Translations under genes and position numbers: made by a program
Part shown: one piece after another, positions 10,361 to 18,677 of the stretch
Numbering within the stretch: position 1 is the stretch's first letter
Layout of the letters: each line of letters begins with the position of its first letter
Notes under the pieces: model-generated
The model's input: only the letters and a program-made list of their open reading frames with translations
Databases searched by the model: none
Told to the model about the DNA's origin: nothing
Source: an uncultured Gammaproteobacteria bacterium
GTDB lineage: Bacteria; Actinomycetota; Acidimicrobiia; Spongiisociales; ZC4RG35
DNA: 40,203 nt
Assembly (NCBI GenBank): GCA_964194995.1
Contig: CAXMPS010000054.1
Location: 1 to 40,203, forward strand
Direction of reading: 5' to 3'

Positions 10361-11510
10361 TAGGCGGGCCACCAGCGCGCTTCTCTTCGTCGCCGTATTC
10401 CTGGCCGTTACCGCCGCGACGGCCGAGTCGGCGCTAGCGGCTGAAACCGCTTCGTCGGATGTCGTGGTGATCCGGGAAGACGTGGTCGTCGAGGATGATC
10501 TTTATGCCACCGGGATCCGGGTTGTGGTCGAGGGAAGGATCGAGGGCGACCTCATCGCATTCGCCGCTGAAGAGGTTGTGATCGAAGGCGTGGTGACCGG
10601 GAGCGTCTTCGCCGCGACTCAACAGGTCTCTGTCAGCGGTGAGGTCGGCGAGTCATTGCGGGTGAGCGCAACAAGCGTCGATGTCTCGGGGACGGTTGGA
10701 AAAGACCTGGTCGTCGTCAGTTTGGGGTTGGACGTCACCGAGGACGCGGAGATTGGTGGCGACGTCCTCATTTGGGCATGGGGCGCATCCGTTGCCGGGA
10801 CCATCGGGGGCGACCTGACCGCCACTCAGCGCGACCTCGAGCTCGCTGGTTCGGTCGGGGGTGAGGTCGAGGTCACTGTCACCCATCTGACCATCACAGG
10901 CCCGCTGACAGTGGGCGGCGATTTGGCATACCGGTCTGAGTCGCCTGCGACCGGGCTGGAACACGTAGAGGTCGGCGGCGTGGTGGTTCACAAGAGCCCA
11001 CTAGCCCCGAATATTCGGGTGCGTGCCCTTGGTCTTTTGGCGAGAGCCCTTGTTGCGCTCGCACTCACCGCTACCTCGATCCTGGTCGCGTTGGGGTGGC
11101 CGGGGAGGACGGAGCAGGCGGCAAAGCGAGCCAGGTCTGATTGGCTTCGCTCCTACGGCATCGGGTTTCTTGTCATCTTCTCGCCGATCCTGATCATCGG
11201 GGTCAGCGCGCTGATCGTCGCGATTGCTCCGGCAGCCGCATCGCTGCCTTTGCTGGCGGTTCTGGTTCCGGTTGCCATCGTCCTGGCAGGCCTGGTCATG
11301 GCTTTCTCGCTGGTGGCCGGGGCACCCTCGGTGCTCATGCTCGGCCGCCTTCTCCGGGGGAGCCTGGGGATATACGGGGCCATCGTCGCCGGCTCTGCGT
11401 TGGTGAGCCTGGTGTGGTTTCTCCCGATTGTTGGTTGGTTGGTTCCGTTGATCGTGCTTCCCCTCGGAGCTGGGTCCTGGATCGTGGCCAGTCGCATCAA
11501 GCCGGATTGA
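10212..11510 (+). CDS. Beta-helical repeat (polymer-forming/bactofilin-like) membrane protein; 5' end disrupted by the repeat element, start uncertain
   Basis: Signal-peptide-like RRATSALLFVAVFLAVTAATAESALA, V/I-x-G-x-V-x-G-D repeats, then several C-terminal TM helices. The first ~50 codons of the ORF are element-derived. Confidence 0.65.
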   Translation: MHATHSDDPVHRHSRCPRRRHSATRSGETSSLRVTRLAADLSNGINQQTPRRATSALLFVAVFLAVTAATAESALAAETASSDVVVIREDVVVEDDLYATGIRVVVEGRIEGDLIAFAAEEVVIEGVVTGSVFAATQQVSVSGEVGESLRVSATSVDVSGTVGKDLVVVSLGLDVTEDAEIGGDVLIWAWGASVAGTIGGDLTATQRDLELAGSVGGEVEVTVTHLTITGPLTVGGDLAYRSESPATGLEHVEVGGVVVHKSPLAPNIRVRALGLLARALVALALTATSILVALGWPGRTEQAAKRARSDWLRSYGIGFLVIFSPILIIGVSALIVAIAPAAASLPLLAVLVPVAIVLAGLVMAFSLVAGAPSVLMLGRLLRGSLGIYGAIVAGSALVSLVWFLPIVGWLVPLIVLPLGAGSWIVASRIKPD

Positions 11511-11519
11511 ACCTCTCCT

Positions 11520-11882
11520 TCAGATGGCGCTGACCGCCCGGCCGAGGGTGTCGACGATCACGTCTTTCTTGACAAGGCCGGAATGGCGCCATCGCTGATG
11601 GATGCCGGCCGGAGAGGGGTTGAGGACAACAAAGGTCGGCGTCGACCTGACCTTGAACTTGTGGAACAAGTCAGGCACTGCTTCGAGGCTGGCCTTGATG
11701 ACGATTGCCTCCTTCTGAAACTCCTCCGAGACCTCGTCGATGATGCCATCCATGACTTTGCAGGGGCTGCACCCATACTTCCAGAAGTCGATGAGTATCG
11801 GCTTCCCCTCACTCAGCACGTCAGCGAAATCGTCGAGAGTCTTGAGCTGTTCCGCCCGGTGTCGCCGCTTGAAAAGAGCCAT
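11520..11882 (-). CDS. Thioredoxin-family protein
   Basis: LIDFWKYGCSPCK (CxxC) and cis-Pro region STPTF; start at ATG 11882, 7 nt after a GAGAAT -10-like box. Confidence 0.85.
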   Translation of the reverse strand: MALFKRRHRAEQLKTLDDFADVLSEGKPILIDFWKYGCSPCKVMDGIIDEVSEEFQKEAIVIKASLEAVPDLFHKFKVRSTPTFVVLNPSPAGIHQRWRHSGLVKKDVIVDTLGRAVSAI

Positions 11883-11970
11883 GGGCGTCATTCTCGTGGA
11901 GAAGTGGCCCATATCCAACCGAGCGTCGGTGTTCCGATGATTCAGATTGCGCAATATTGTGGGAGGACTG

Positions 11971-12975
11971 ATGCCTTCACCAACCGACCGATTCGATCGC
12001 CCCATCCGCGATCTCCGTGTCTCCGTCACGGACCGATGCAATTTTCGTTGCACCTATTGCATGCCCAAGGAGCTCTTTGGCAAAGACTACGAGTTTCTGC
12101 CCAGGACCGATCTGCTGAGTTTCGAGGAGATCGCAGTGATCGTCACGGCGTTCGCGCAACGGGGGGCTGAAAAGGTCAGGATCACCGGAGGGGAGCCCCT
12201 GCTGAGAAAAGGTATCGAGGATCTCATTGCCAAGATCAGCGGGATAGACGGAGTTCGTGACCTGACTCTCACGACCAACGGCTCTTTGCTTGTCAGAAAG
12301 GCCGAATCCCTTGCCGCCGCTGGGTTGGACCGTGTAACTGTGAGCCTTGATGCCGTTGATGAGAAGACGTTCCAGAAGATGAACGACGTGGGCTTCCCGG
12401 TGTCGGCTGTGCTCGATGCCATCGAGGTGGCCGCGTCGGCGGGATTGGGACCAATCAAGATCAATTGTGTCGTCCAGAAAGGTGTCAACGATCACGCAGT
12501 GCCCGAGATGGCGGCCCATTTCAAGGGAACCGGGCACATCGTGAGATTCATCGAGTACATGGATGTGGGAACCACCAACGGCTGGCGCCTCGACGACGTC
12601 CTTCCGGCCAGCGAGATTATCGACATGATCCACGAGATACATCCAGTTGAACCGCTTGCCCCCAACTATCCCGGAGAAGTTGCCAACCGGTTCCGCTATC
12701 TCGATGGCGACGGTGAGGTCGGCGTCATCGCCTCGGTCACCAAGCCTTTCTGCGGATCATGCACGCGAGCTCGGGTCTCCGCCGAGGGGTCGCTCTATAC
12801 CTGTCTGTTCGCTTCGAAGGGCGAGGACCTGAGGGGAGCGATCAGATCGGGCATCGATGTGGGCGAGGTCATCGACAGGGTGTGGTCCGACCGTGACGAC
12901 CGCTACTCGGAGATCAGGTCATCGCAGACGGTTCGAATCGGCGCGCCCGTGGAGATGAGTTACATCGGGGGCTGA
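11971..12975 (+). CDS. moaA: GTP 3',8-cyclase MoaA (radical SAM)
   Basis: LRVSVTDRCNFRCTYC, TGGEPL, C-terminal CGSC...C cluster and terminal MSYIGG; ATG after GGGAGG. Confidence 0.96.
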   Translation: MPSPTDRFDRPIRDLRVSVTDRCNFRCTYCMPKELFGKDYEFLPRTDLLSFEEIAVIVTAFAQRGAEKVRITGGEPLLRKGIEDLIAKISGIDGVRDLTLTTNGSLLVRKAESLAAAGLDRVTVSLDAVDEKTFQKMNDVGFPVSAVLDAIEVAASAGLGPIKINCVVQKGVNDHAVPEMAAHFKGTGHIVRFIEYMDVGTTNGWRLDDVLPASEIIDMIHEIHPVEPLAPNYPGEVANRFRYLDGDGEVGVIASVTKPFCGSCTRARVSAEGSLYTCLFASKGEDLRGAIRSGIDVGEVIDRVWSDRDDRYSEIRSSQTVRIGAPVEMSYIGG

Positions 12976-13021
12976 GTTTCTTGGCGTCGTCGAGGTTTGG
13001 CCCGGCCAGATCAGCAGCCTT

Positions 13022-13732
13022 CTAACTCTCCGGCTGTTGGGTGCTGCCGGCTTCTACAACCTCTCGTGGCCCGCGATGACGGCCGCCCGATGCGACTCGA
13101 TATCCGGCCCAGATGAGAGTGACGGCCACTAGAAGGGACAGTGCAAACGCGCTCCCCTCTCCGAGGGCAAGGCCAGTCCCGCCGGACGCGGCGGCGAAGG
13201 TGCCGGCCACGATCAGAAGGTTGCCCCACACCAGGTGTCGGCTCTTCCTCCAGAAACGAACGATGCTCACCACCGCCAGGATCACGAGGATCGTGGACCC
13301 CATGGCTCCGCCGATGATCGCAAAGAGCTGCGGCCCGAAACCCGATGCGAAGATGTCGTGCGGCACGCCGGAGTCCGGCAACGGGTTGGCGAAGGGGACT
13401 GTGGTGACGAGGGTGGTCGCGATTGCTGTGAACGCGCCGAGAAGAATGGCCATCACGTTTCCGGAGCGTCTGCCAACGACGAGGAACATTGATCCCAGGG
13501 CGAGATACGGAATATTGAGGATGGCACCGAACAGGTAGAAGGCCCGATAGACCGGCCCGGTCCAGCCGAAGGTGAGGCCGATATAGAACGCCCAAGTGGC
13601 GATGGCGAACATCGTCATTCCGATTCCGTAGGCGGTGATGTGGGGCCGGGGTCGGCTGCGGTAGCTCACCCAGAGGTCAGCGGAGAAGGCTGTGGCGGCT
13701 AGAGCGGCGAGGAGAGCGAGCGCCGAATCCAT
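13022..13732 (-). CDS. Hypothetical multi-pass membrane protein
   Basis: 236 aa with about 7 hydrophobic segments; fills the gap between the ABC ATPase and moaA. Confidence 0.8.
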   Translation of the reverse strand: MDSALALLAALAATAFSADLWVSYRSRPRPHITAYGIGMTMFAIATWAFYIGLTFGWTGPVYRAFYLFGAILNIPYLALGSMFLVVGRRSGNVMAILLGAFTAIATTLVTTVPFANPLPDSGVPHDIFASGFGPQLFAIIGGAMGSTILVILAVVSIVRFWRKSRHLVWGNLLIVAGTFAAASGGTGLALGEGSAFALSLLVAVTLIWAGYRVASGGRHRGPREVVEAGSTQQPES

Positions 13733-13743
13733 GACCAGGGAGG

Positions 13744-14769
13744 CTACGTTCCTCGGGGATAGACCCGGGCATCAGTCGCCCGAGCACGGCATTTCTGCCC
13801 GGCGGTGTAGCGAGGCCGTGGTCCGATCCTCGATCTGACCCTCGTCCCTTCGCCCACAGCGAGGGTGACTAGCTGGTCGTGGCCGAAGAATTCGACGTTG
13901 GCTACCACGGCATTTGATGTCTCGCCAAGGGAGATCTGGACATTTTCGGGGCGGATCACCACGAGGACCGGTCCCTTGAGGTCGGTCTTGAATCGGCCCA
14001 ACGGCGTGTCGGCGTATCCACGATGGGCGGTAGCGGGGAGCACATCGGCATCGCCGAGAAACTCGGCGATCCAAGGGTTGGCCGGGTTGCTGTACAGCTC
14101 CGCAGGGGCGTCCGCCTGGAGAACTCGCCCATCCTTCATCACTGCGACGATATCCGATGTCGCCAGCGCTTCCTCCTGGTCGTGGGTCACGAACACTGCG
14201 GTGATCCTTGCTTCGGTCAGGATCATCCGCAGCTCGCGCCTGACCCGATCTCGGAGTGCGGCATCCAGGTTGGAGAAGGGCTCGTCGAGGAGGATTACGT
14301 CAGGTTTGGGGGCCAGCGCCCGGGCCAGAGCCACTCTTTGCTGCTCTCCACCGGAAAGCTCATTGGGCATCCTGTCGTCGAGTCCCTGCAGCCCTACAAG
14401 CTCGAGTACTGCGTCGATCCTGCGAGTCCCTTTTCTTCGAGACAGCCCATAGGCCACATTTGCCCGCACAGTCATGTGGGGGAAGAGGGCGTAATCCTGG
14501 AAGACCATTCCGACCTTGCGCCTCTCAGGCGGGACGAAGGTCCCGTTGCCGAGAACTCGCCGGCCCCGGATGTCGACGACTCCCTCGGCACCCTCGAATC
14601 CGGCGATGACGCGCAGTGCGGTGGTCTTCCCGCAGCCAGAAGGTCCGAGCAGCGTCAAAAGACCGCCCTCCCAGACGTCGAGGCTGAAATGGTCGAGTGC
14701 GATGTCGTCGTCGTATGACTTGGACAGGTCGCGAGCTCGGATGGCTAGTTGGTCAGTCGCGGAGGTCAC
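13744..14769 (-). CDS. Fe(III)-type ABC transporter ATP-binding protein (FbpC/PotA family)
   Basis: GPSGCGKT, LSGGEQQR, LLDEPFS, VTHDQEEA; C-terminal TOBE-like region. Confidence 0.93.
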   Translation of the reverse strand: MTSATDQLAIRARDLSKSYDDDIALDHFSLDVWEGGLLTLLGPSGCGKTTALRVIAGFEGAEGVVDIRGRRVLGNGTFVPPERRKVGMVFQDYALFPHMTVRANVAYGLSRRKGTRRIDAVLELVGLQGLDDRMPNELSGGEQQRVALARALAPKPDVILLDEPFSNLDAALRDRVRRELRMILTEARITAVFVTHDQEEALATSDIVAVMKDGRVLQADAPAELYSNPANPWIAEFLGDADVLPATAHRGYADTPLGRFKTDLKGPVLVVIRPENVQISLGETSNAVVANVEFFGHDQLVTLAVGEGTRVRSRIGPRPRYTAGQKCRARATDARVYPRGT

Positions 14770-16351
14770 GGAACATCAGCGCCAAGAGTGGCACGATCGA
14801 CACGGCAAGCAAGGCCAGACTGGCCACGGACGCCCGCGTGTAGAACCCTTCGCCCGTCGTGCTCCAAATCCTGATCGCCAAGGTCTCGAAGCCGTTGGGG
14901 CGGAGCAACAGCGTCGCTGGCAGCTCCTTCATCACTGAAAGAAAGACCAGAGCGGCACCAGCCATGAGCCCGGGGGTCGCAAGGGGGATCGTCACCCTTC
15001 GCAAGGTCGCCAAAGGGCCTCTCCCGAGACCCCGGGAAGCATCCTCCAAGTCGGGGCTCGCTCTCCGCAGGGAATCTTGAGTTGAGCTCATCGTCTGAGC
15101 GAGGAACATCACGACATAAGTGGCCAGAAGCAGCCCCAAGCTCTGGTAAATCGGTCTGGCCCACGCCAGAGCGAACCCGACAACGGCGACACCGACGGTG
15201 ATATGGGGAAGGGCGTATGTTGCCCACACCGCCGTGTCCGCGGCGTCGGACAGCTTGCCTTTTCGGCGCGTTGTGATCATTGCAATCGGGAAGGCGGCGA
15301 AGGCGGCAATTGTCGCCGCGCCGATCGAGACACCCACTGATCGAATTGTCTCCTCCCACACCGTTCCCAGCTCCTGCCCCGCGCCAAGTCCGCGTGTCAG
15401 CCAGAAAATGAGAACTGAGACCGGGATGACGATCGACAGTGTGGTGAGGCTGCCCAGGAAGGCGAGGGCACCAATTCGACTCACCCGTTTGAGAGACAAC
15501 ATCTTTCGAATTCGCTTGACCCGGGGGGCGTGGTAGCTCGCTCGACTCCTGGTCCGGCGCTCCACCAGCAGGATTCCCAGCGCTAGGACCATGAGAATCA
15601 GCGACAGCACCGCAGCCGGCTGACGGTCGATTTGGCCTTCGTAGAGGGTGAAGATGGCCCGAGTGAACGTGTCGTATCTGAGCAGGGAGACTGCCCCGAA
15701 GTCTGAGATGGTGTAGAGACCGACCATGAGACCGGCGGAGACAAGAGCAGGCCGGAGCTGGGGGAGAGTCACTGTGAAGAAGACTCTCCTTTGGCTCGCC
15801 CCCAAGCCGGTGGCGGCGTCTTCGGTGGCGGGATCGATCAGGCGCAGTCCCGGGGTCACGATGAGGTGTGCCATTGGAGAGAGAAACACCGACAAGGCCA
15901 GCCACGCCCCAACAAACCCGTAGGGGGTGGGGATGTCGAACCCGACCCAGCTCGAGATGAGACCTGTCGGCCCTGTGGCGCCAATGATGGTGAGAGCGGC
16001 TACATAGCTTGGCATCACCAGAGGGAGGGCGGCGAGGATCATCCATATCCGACGCCAGGGGACGTCAGTGCGGCTTGTCAGCCATGCGGTAGCGGTTCCC
16101 AGGGAGAGGGCCGTAATCGTGACGGCGACGGTCAAGGCCAGTGTCGCCACGAAAAGCTCCCAGAGACGATCCAAGGGCACGGGTGTTCCGGTGCCTTTGG
16201 TGACCACCTGCCAGACGAGGCTGATCGGAGGGATCAGAACCGGCAACAGGACGATCCCGGCCGCAGTCCACCAGCCCCGCCCACCCGGGCGCCGCTGCTG
16301 CCGAGTCGTGGTCTTCGTCCCCGGTGAGACGACCAGAGGCCCGGCGACCAT
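14753..16351 (-). CDS. Fe(III)-type ABC transporter permease (FbpB-like, duplicated domain)
   Basis: Two EAA-like loops (EDAATGLGA, EDASRGLG), SDFGAV and KELPATL; start taken at ATG 16351 just outside repeat copy 2. Confidence 0.9.
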   Translation of the reverse strand: MVAGPLVVSPGTKTTTRQQRRPGGRGWWTAAGIVLLPVLIPPISLVWQVVTKGTGTPVPLDRLWELFVATLALTVAVTITALSLGTATAWLTSRTDVPWRRIWMILAALPLVMPSYVAALTIIGATGPTGLISSWVGFDIPTPYGFVGAWLALSVFLSPMAHLIVTPGLRLIDPATEDAATGLGASQRRVFFTVTLPQLRPALVSAGLMVGLYTISDFGAVSLLRYDTFTRAIFTLYEGQIDRQPAAVLSLILMVLALGILLVERRTRSRASYHAPRVKRIRKMLSLKRVSRIGALAFLGSLTTLSIVIPVSVLIFWLTRGLGAGQELGTVWEETIRSVGVSIGAATIAAFAAFPIAMITTRRKGKLSDAADTAVWATYALPHITVGVAVVGFALAWARPIYQSLGLLLATYVVMFLAQTMSSTQDSLRRASPDLEDASRGLGRGPLATLRRVTIPLATPGLMAGAALVFLSVMKELPATLLLRPNGFETLAIRIWSTTGEGFYTRASVASLALLAVSIVPLLALMFRDLRD

Positions 16352-16367
16352 CAGCAGCTCGCCCCTG

Positions 16368-16530
16368 GGAGTCTGCTGGGTAATGCCGTTGCTCGGATCG
16401 GCGGCCAGGCGCGCCACTCGCAAGGACGAGGTTTCGCCACTCCTTGGGGTGGAATGGCGGGGCCGAGGGCACCGTGAGTGGCGATGACCTGGCCGTCGAG
16501 ATGGGTGACATGCATTGCTCGGCGGGCTCC
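16368..16530 (-). mobile_element. MITE-like palindromic repeat, copy 2 (163 bp)
   Basis: Reverse-strand copy starting at the G of the TAG stop of the binding-protein gene; about 88% identical to copy 3 by manual count (19 differences). Confidence 0.85.
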
Positions 16531-17519
16531 TACACAAGACCCGCCTCGGCGACGAGTCGCGCGGCGACACCGAGCACGTCGGCCAGAGCCGAGAGGTTTA
16601 TGTCCGGTGCGTTGATTTCCGAGAGCTGGGGGAGTCCCTCAGCCGGGTCGACACCCTCGATCAAGGGGAACTCGAAGGTCTCCTTGGCGAAGTACGTCTG
16701 CGCTGCCGGCGTGAGCAGAAACTCGACGAACTCCCCGGCTGCGGTCGGCATGTTGGTTTCAGAGAGGATGGCGACTCCGGCGGGCATGACAAGAGTTCCC
16801 ACGTCGCCCGCCGGTATGAACCAGTTTTCGGAATCGTCCCCTTCGCCCTCGGCGCGGAGACGCAAAAGGTAGTAGTGGTTTACCAGCCCGCCTTCGATCT
16901 CACCGGAGTCGGCGGCGGCCACTATCGGGCTGTTCTTGGGGTAATCGATCGGGTCGTTGGCGGCAAGGGCCTCGAGCCATTCGAGAGTCGCCTCTTCGCC
17001 CCTTTCGAGGATCATTGCCGAAACAAACGCCAGGAATGACCCATTGGTAGGAGCAACACCGACCTGGCCGGCCCAGACCGGGTCGATGACGTCATCGATG
17101 GTGCTGGGGAGCGGCAGATCGCTCCCGGTGTTGTAGACAAAGGTGCGAACCCGCCCCGAAGTGCCGACCCAGCGACCTTGGTCGTCGGCGAATTTGTCAT
17201 CAACCAGGACGAGGACGTCGGAGGGAAGAACTGTCAACATGTCCGCGACCGAGCCAAGCGACGCGGGGTCTTGCGCGAAGAAGATGTCGGCTTCTGTTCT
17301 CTCGCCTTCCTCGATCAGAGTGGCGGCCAACTCGGTCGACCCGCCGTACCGGACTTCCACCTCGATCCCGGTGTCCTCGGTGAAGTCATCGATCAGCGGC
17401 TGGACCAACTCCTCCGACCGCCCCGAATAGACCACGAGGGGACCATCGGCCGCATCTGTCCCGGAGCACGAGGCGAGGATCAGGCCGCCGAGAAGAGTCA
17501 ACGCAAACAGTCTTTTCAA
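16530..17519 (-). CDS. Fe(III) ABC transporter substrate-binding lipoprotein (FbpA/FutA-like)
   Basis: Lipobox LASC, VYSGR, GRVR and LVNHYY (tandem Tyr iron ligands); TTG 17519 with AGGAG 7 nt upstream. Confidence 0.9.
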   Translation of the reverse strand: MKRLFALTLLGGLILASCSGTDAADGPLVVYSGRSEELVQPLIDDFTEDTGIEVEVRYGGSTELAATLIEEGERTEADIFFAQDPASLGSVADMLTVLPSDVLVLVDDKFADDQGRWVGTSGRVRTFVYNTGSDLPLPSTIDDVIDPVWAGQVGVAPTNGSFLAFVSAMILERGEEATLEWLEALAANDPIDYPKNSPIVAAADSGEIEGGLVNHYYLLRLRAEGEGDDSENWFIPAGDVGTLVMPAGVAILSETNMPTAAGEFVEFLLTPAAQTYFAKETFEFPLIEGVDPAEGLPQLSEINAPDINLSALADVLGVAARLVAEAGLV

Positions 17520-17531
17520 CCGAGAGCTCCT

Positions 17532-17557
17532 GAGATCGTTAGTTACCGAACGATCTC
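17532..17557. promoter_or_regulatory. Inverted repeat upstream of the iron ABC operon, candidate operator or leader hairpin
   Basis: GAGATCGTT-AGTTACCG-AACGATCTC, perfect 9-bp arms just upstream of the RBS. Confidence 0.4.
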
Positions 17558-17624
17558 GAAATCTATTACCGCCGAGACCGCTCTGCAACATTTTCTGCCA
17601 ACTCTCGGCGCCCGCTCTCGCTGC

Positions 17625-17669
17625 GTTGCTCGTGCTTAACGTCCCGGAAATCGGGACGTCTTGCACGAC
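17625..17669 (+). repeat. REP-like hairpin, left of the DUF559 gene
   Basis: GTTGCTCGTGCTTAACGTCCCG-GAAAT-CGGGACGTCTTGCACGAC; inverted copy at 18626-18670. Confidence 0.8.
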
Positions 17670-17718
17670 AGTGGACAAACGGGTTGAAGTTGGGTCGGTT
17701 TGGTGGCATTAGTCGGGT

Positions 17719-18648
17719 GTGGGGGATGATCGGCTGATCGATGTGTTCGCCTCGCGTCAGTACGGGGCGTTCAGTGTTGCCCAGGTCAGGGAGGCGGGTC
17801 TTGATCGCAGGGCGGTGAGTCGGCGCATTGCCACAGGGGCCTGGGTGAAGCTATGCCCGGGCGCATACGCGCTCACTTCGGCTCCGCCCATCTGGGAGCG
17901 GCAGCTCTCCGCCGCCGTGCTCAGCAGGTCGCGCGCCGTCGTGGCGGGCGCTTCGGCCGCCTATCTGCATCGATTCCAGGGTTTCGGCACGGAGCGTCCG
18001 GTGATCATGGTGCCGTGGAGCGGGAACGGCAGATCGCCTATCGCCAGAGTGATCCGATCCACGTTCTTTCTGACGGTGTCGACCGAGAGGAAGATGGCGT
18101 TCGTGACGACAACAGCGGCGGAGACCCTGCTGACGCTTGCCGCCTCTTGGAAAGAACCCAAGCTCGCCTCCTTGCTCGATGATTGTCTGCTGACCGGCAA
18201 GGTGAAGATCGATGAATTCGACCCGATTTTCGATCGTATCGTCGGGGCTCGGCTGGCCGGAGCGGGCCGGCTGCGCACATTGGTCGAACAGCGCCTTCCA
18301 GACGTTTTCGAGATCGGAGCTACCTATCTGGAGCGTTGTCTTCAACGCGTGCTCACCGACGATCGGATCCCGTCCTGGTCACAGGAACACCCGTTCTCGA
18401 TCAATGGGGCGCCTGGACGGGTAGACGCATTCATTCCCCACTGGCTACTGGTGGTCGAAGCAGACAGCCGTCGATGGCACGCCCGCCAAGCGGATTTCGA
18501 ATCCGATCGACGCCGGGACAACGGCCTTGCGGCTCAGGGAATACAGGTCTTGCGTTTCTCTTATTCGATGCTGACCAAGAGTCCCGAGCGGTGCTTGGTC
18601 AACATTCTCGACGTTGGAGAACACCGTCGTGCAGATGGTCCTGTTTAA
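17719..18648 (+). CDS. AbiEi-like N-terminal domain plus DUF559 (Vsr-like PD-(D/E)xK) endonuclease domain protein
   Basis: N-terminal RQYGAFS...AG...GAW...PGAY typical of actinobacterial AbiEi-like domains; C-terminal RVDA...LVVEADSRRWH...DRRRDN.L...G..VLRF typical of DUF559. Confidence 0.85.
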   Translation: MGDDRLIDVFASRQYGAFSVAQVREAGLDRRAVSRRIATGAWVKLCPGAYALTSAPPIWERQLSAAVLSRSRAVVAGASAAYLHRFQGFGTERPVIMVPWSGNGRSPIARVIRSTFFLTVSTERKMAFVTTTAAETLLTLAASWKEPKLASLLDDCLLTGKVKIDEFDPIFDRIVGARLAGAGRLRTLVEQRLPDVFEIGATYLERCLQRVLTDDRIPSWSQEHPFSINGAPGRVDAFIPHWLLVVEADSRRWHARQADFESDRRRDNGLAAQGIQVLRFSYSMLTKSPERCLVNILDVGEHRRADGPV

Positions 18649-18670
18649 CGGGACGTTACGCACGAGCAAC
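18626..18670 (-). repeat. REP-like hairpin, right of the DUF559 gene
   Basis: Reverse complement GTTGCTCGTGCGTAACGTCCCG-TTAAA-CAGGACCATCTGCACGAC; outer 22 bp match the left copy 21/22, 36/45 overall. Confidence 0.8.
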
Positions 18671-18677
18671 CAAAGTC

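Noticed and set aside
11883-11970. Moco riboswitch upstream of moaA; ATTGCGCAAT palindrome
   Set aside because: The region is only ~88 bp, shared with a divergent gene, and shows no recognisable multi-stem aptamer; a 10-bp palindrome alone is weak.
11971-12975. Functional link between moaA and the molybdopterin-like domain of NuoG
   Set aside because: That domain is a normal, cofactor-free part of NuoG; moaA is separately transcribed.
16368-16530. Element as 6S/Ms1, SRP RNA, integron attC or CRISPR repeat
   Set aside because: Multi-copy and dispersed with terminal inverted repeats; no SRP helix-8 motif, no RYYYAAC/GTTRRRY ends, no spacers or cas/intI genes.
16352-16570. N-terminal extension of the permease
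   Set aside because: Read-through of repeat copy 2 and the end of the upstream gene; ATG 16351 is a simpler start.
17719-18648. Type IV toxin-antitoxin (AbiE) defence system
   Set aside because: No AbiEii nucleotidyltransferase neighbour; flanking genes are unrelated.
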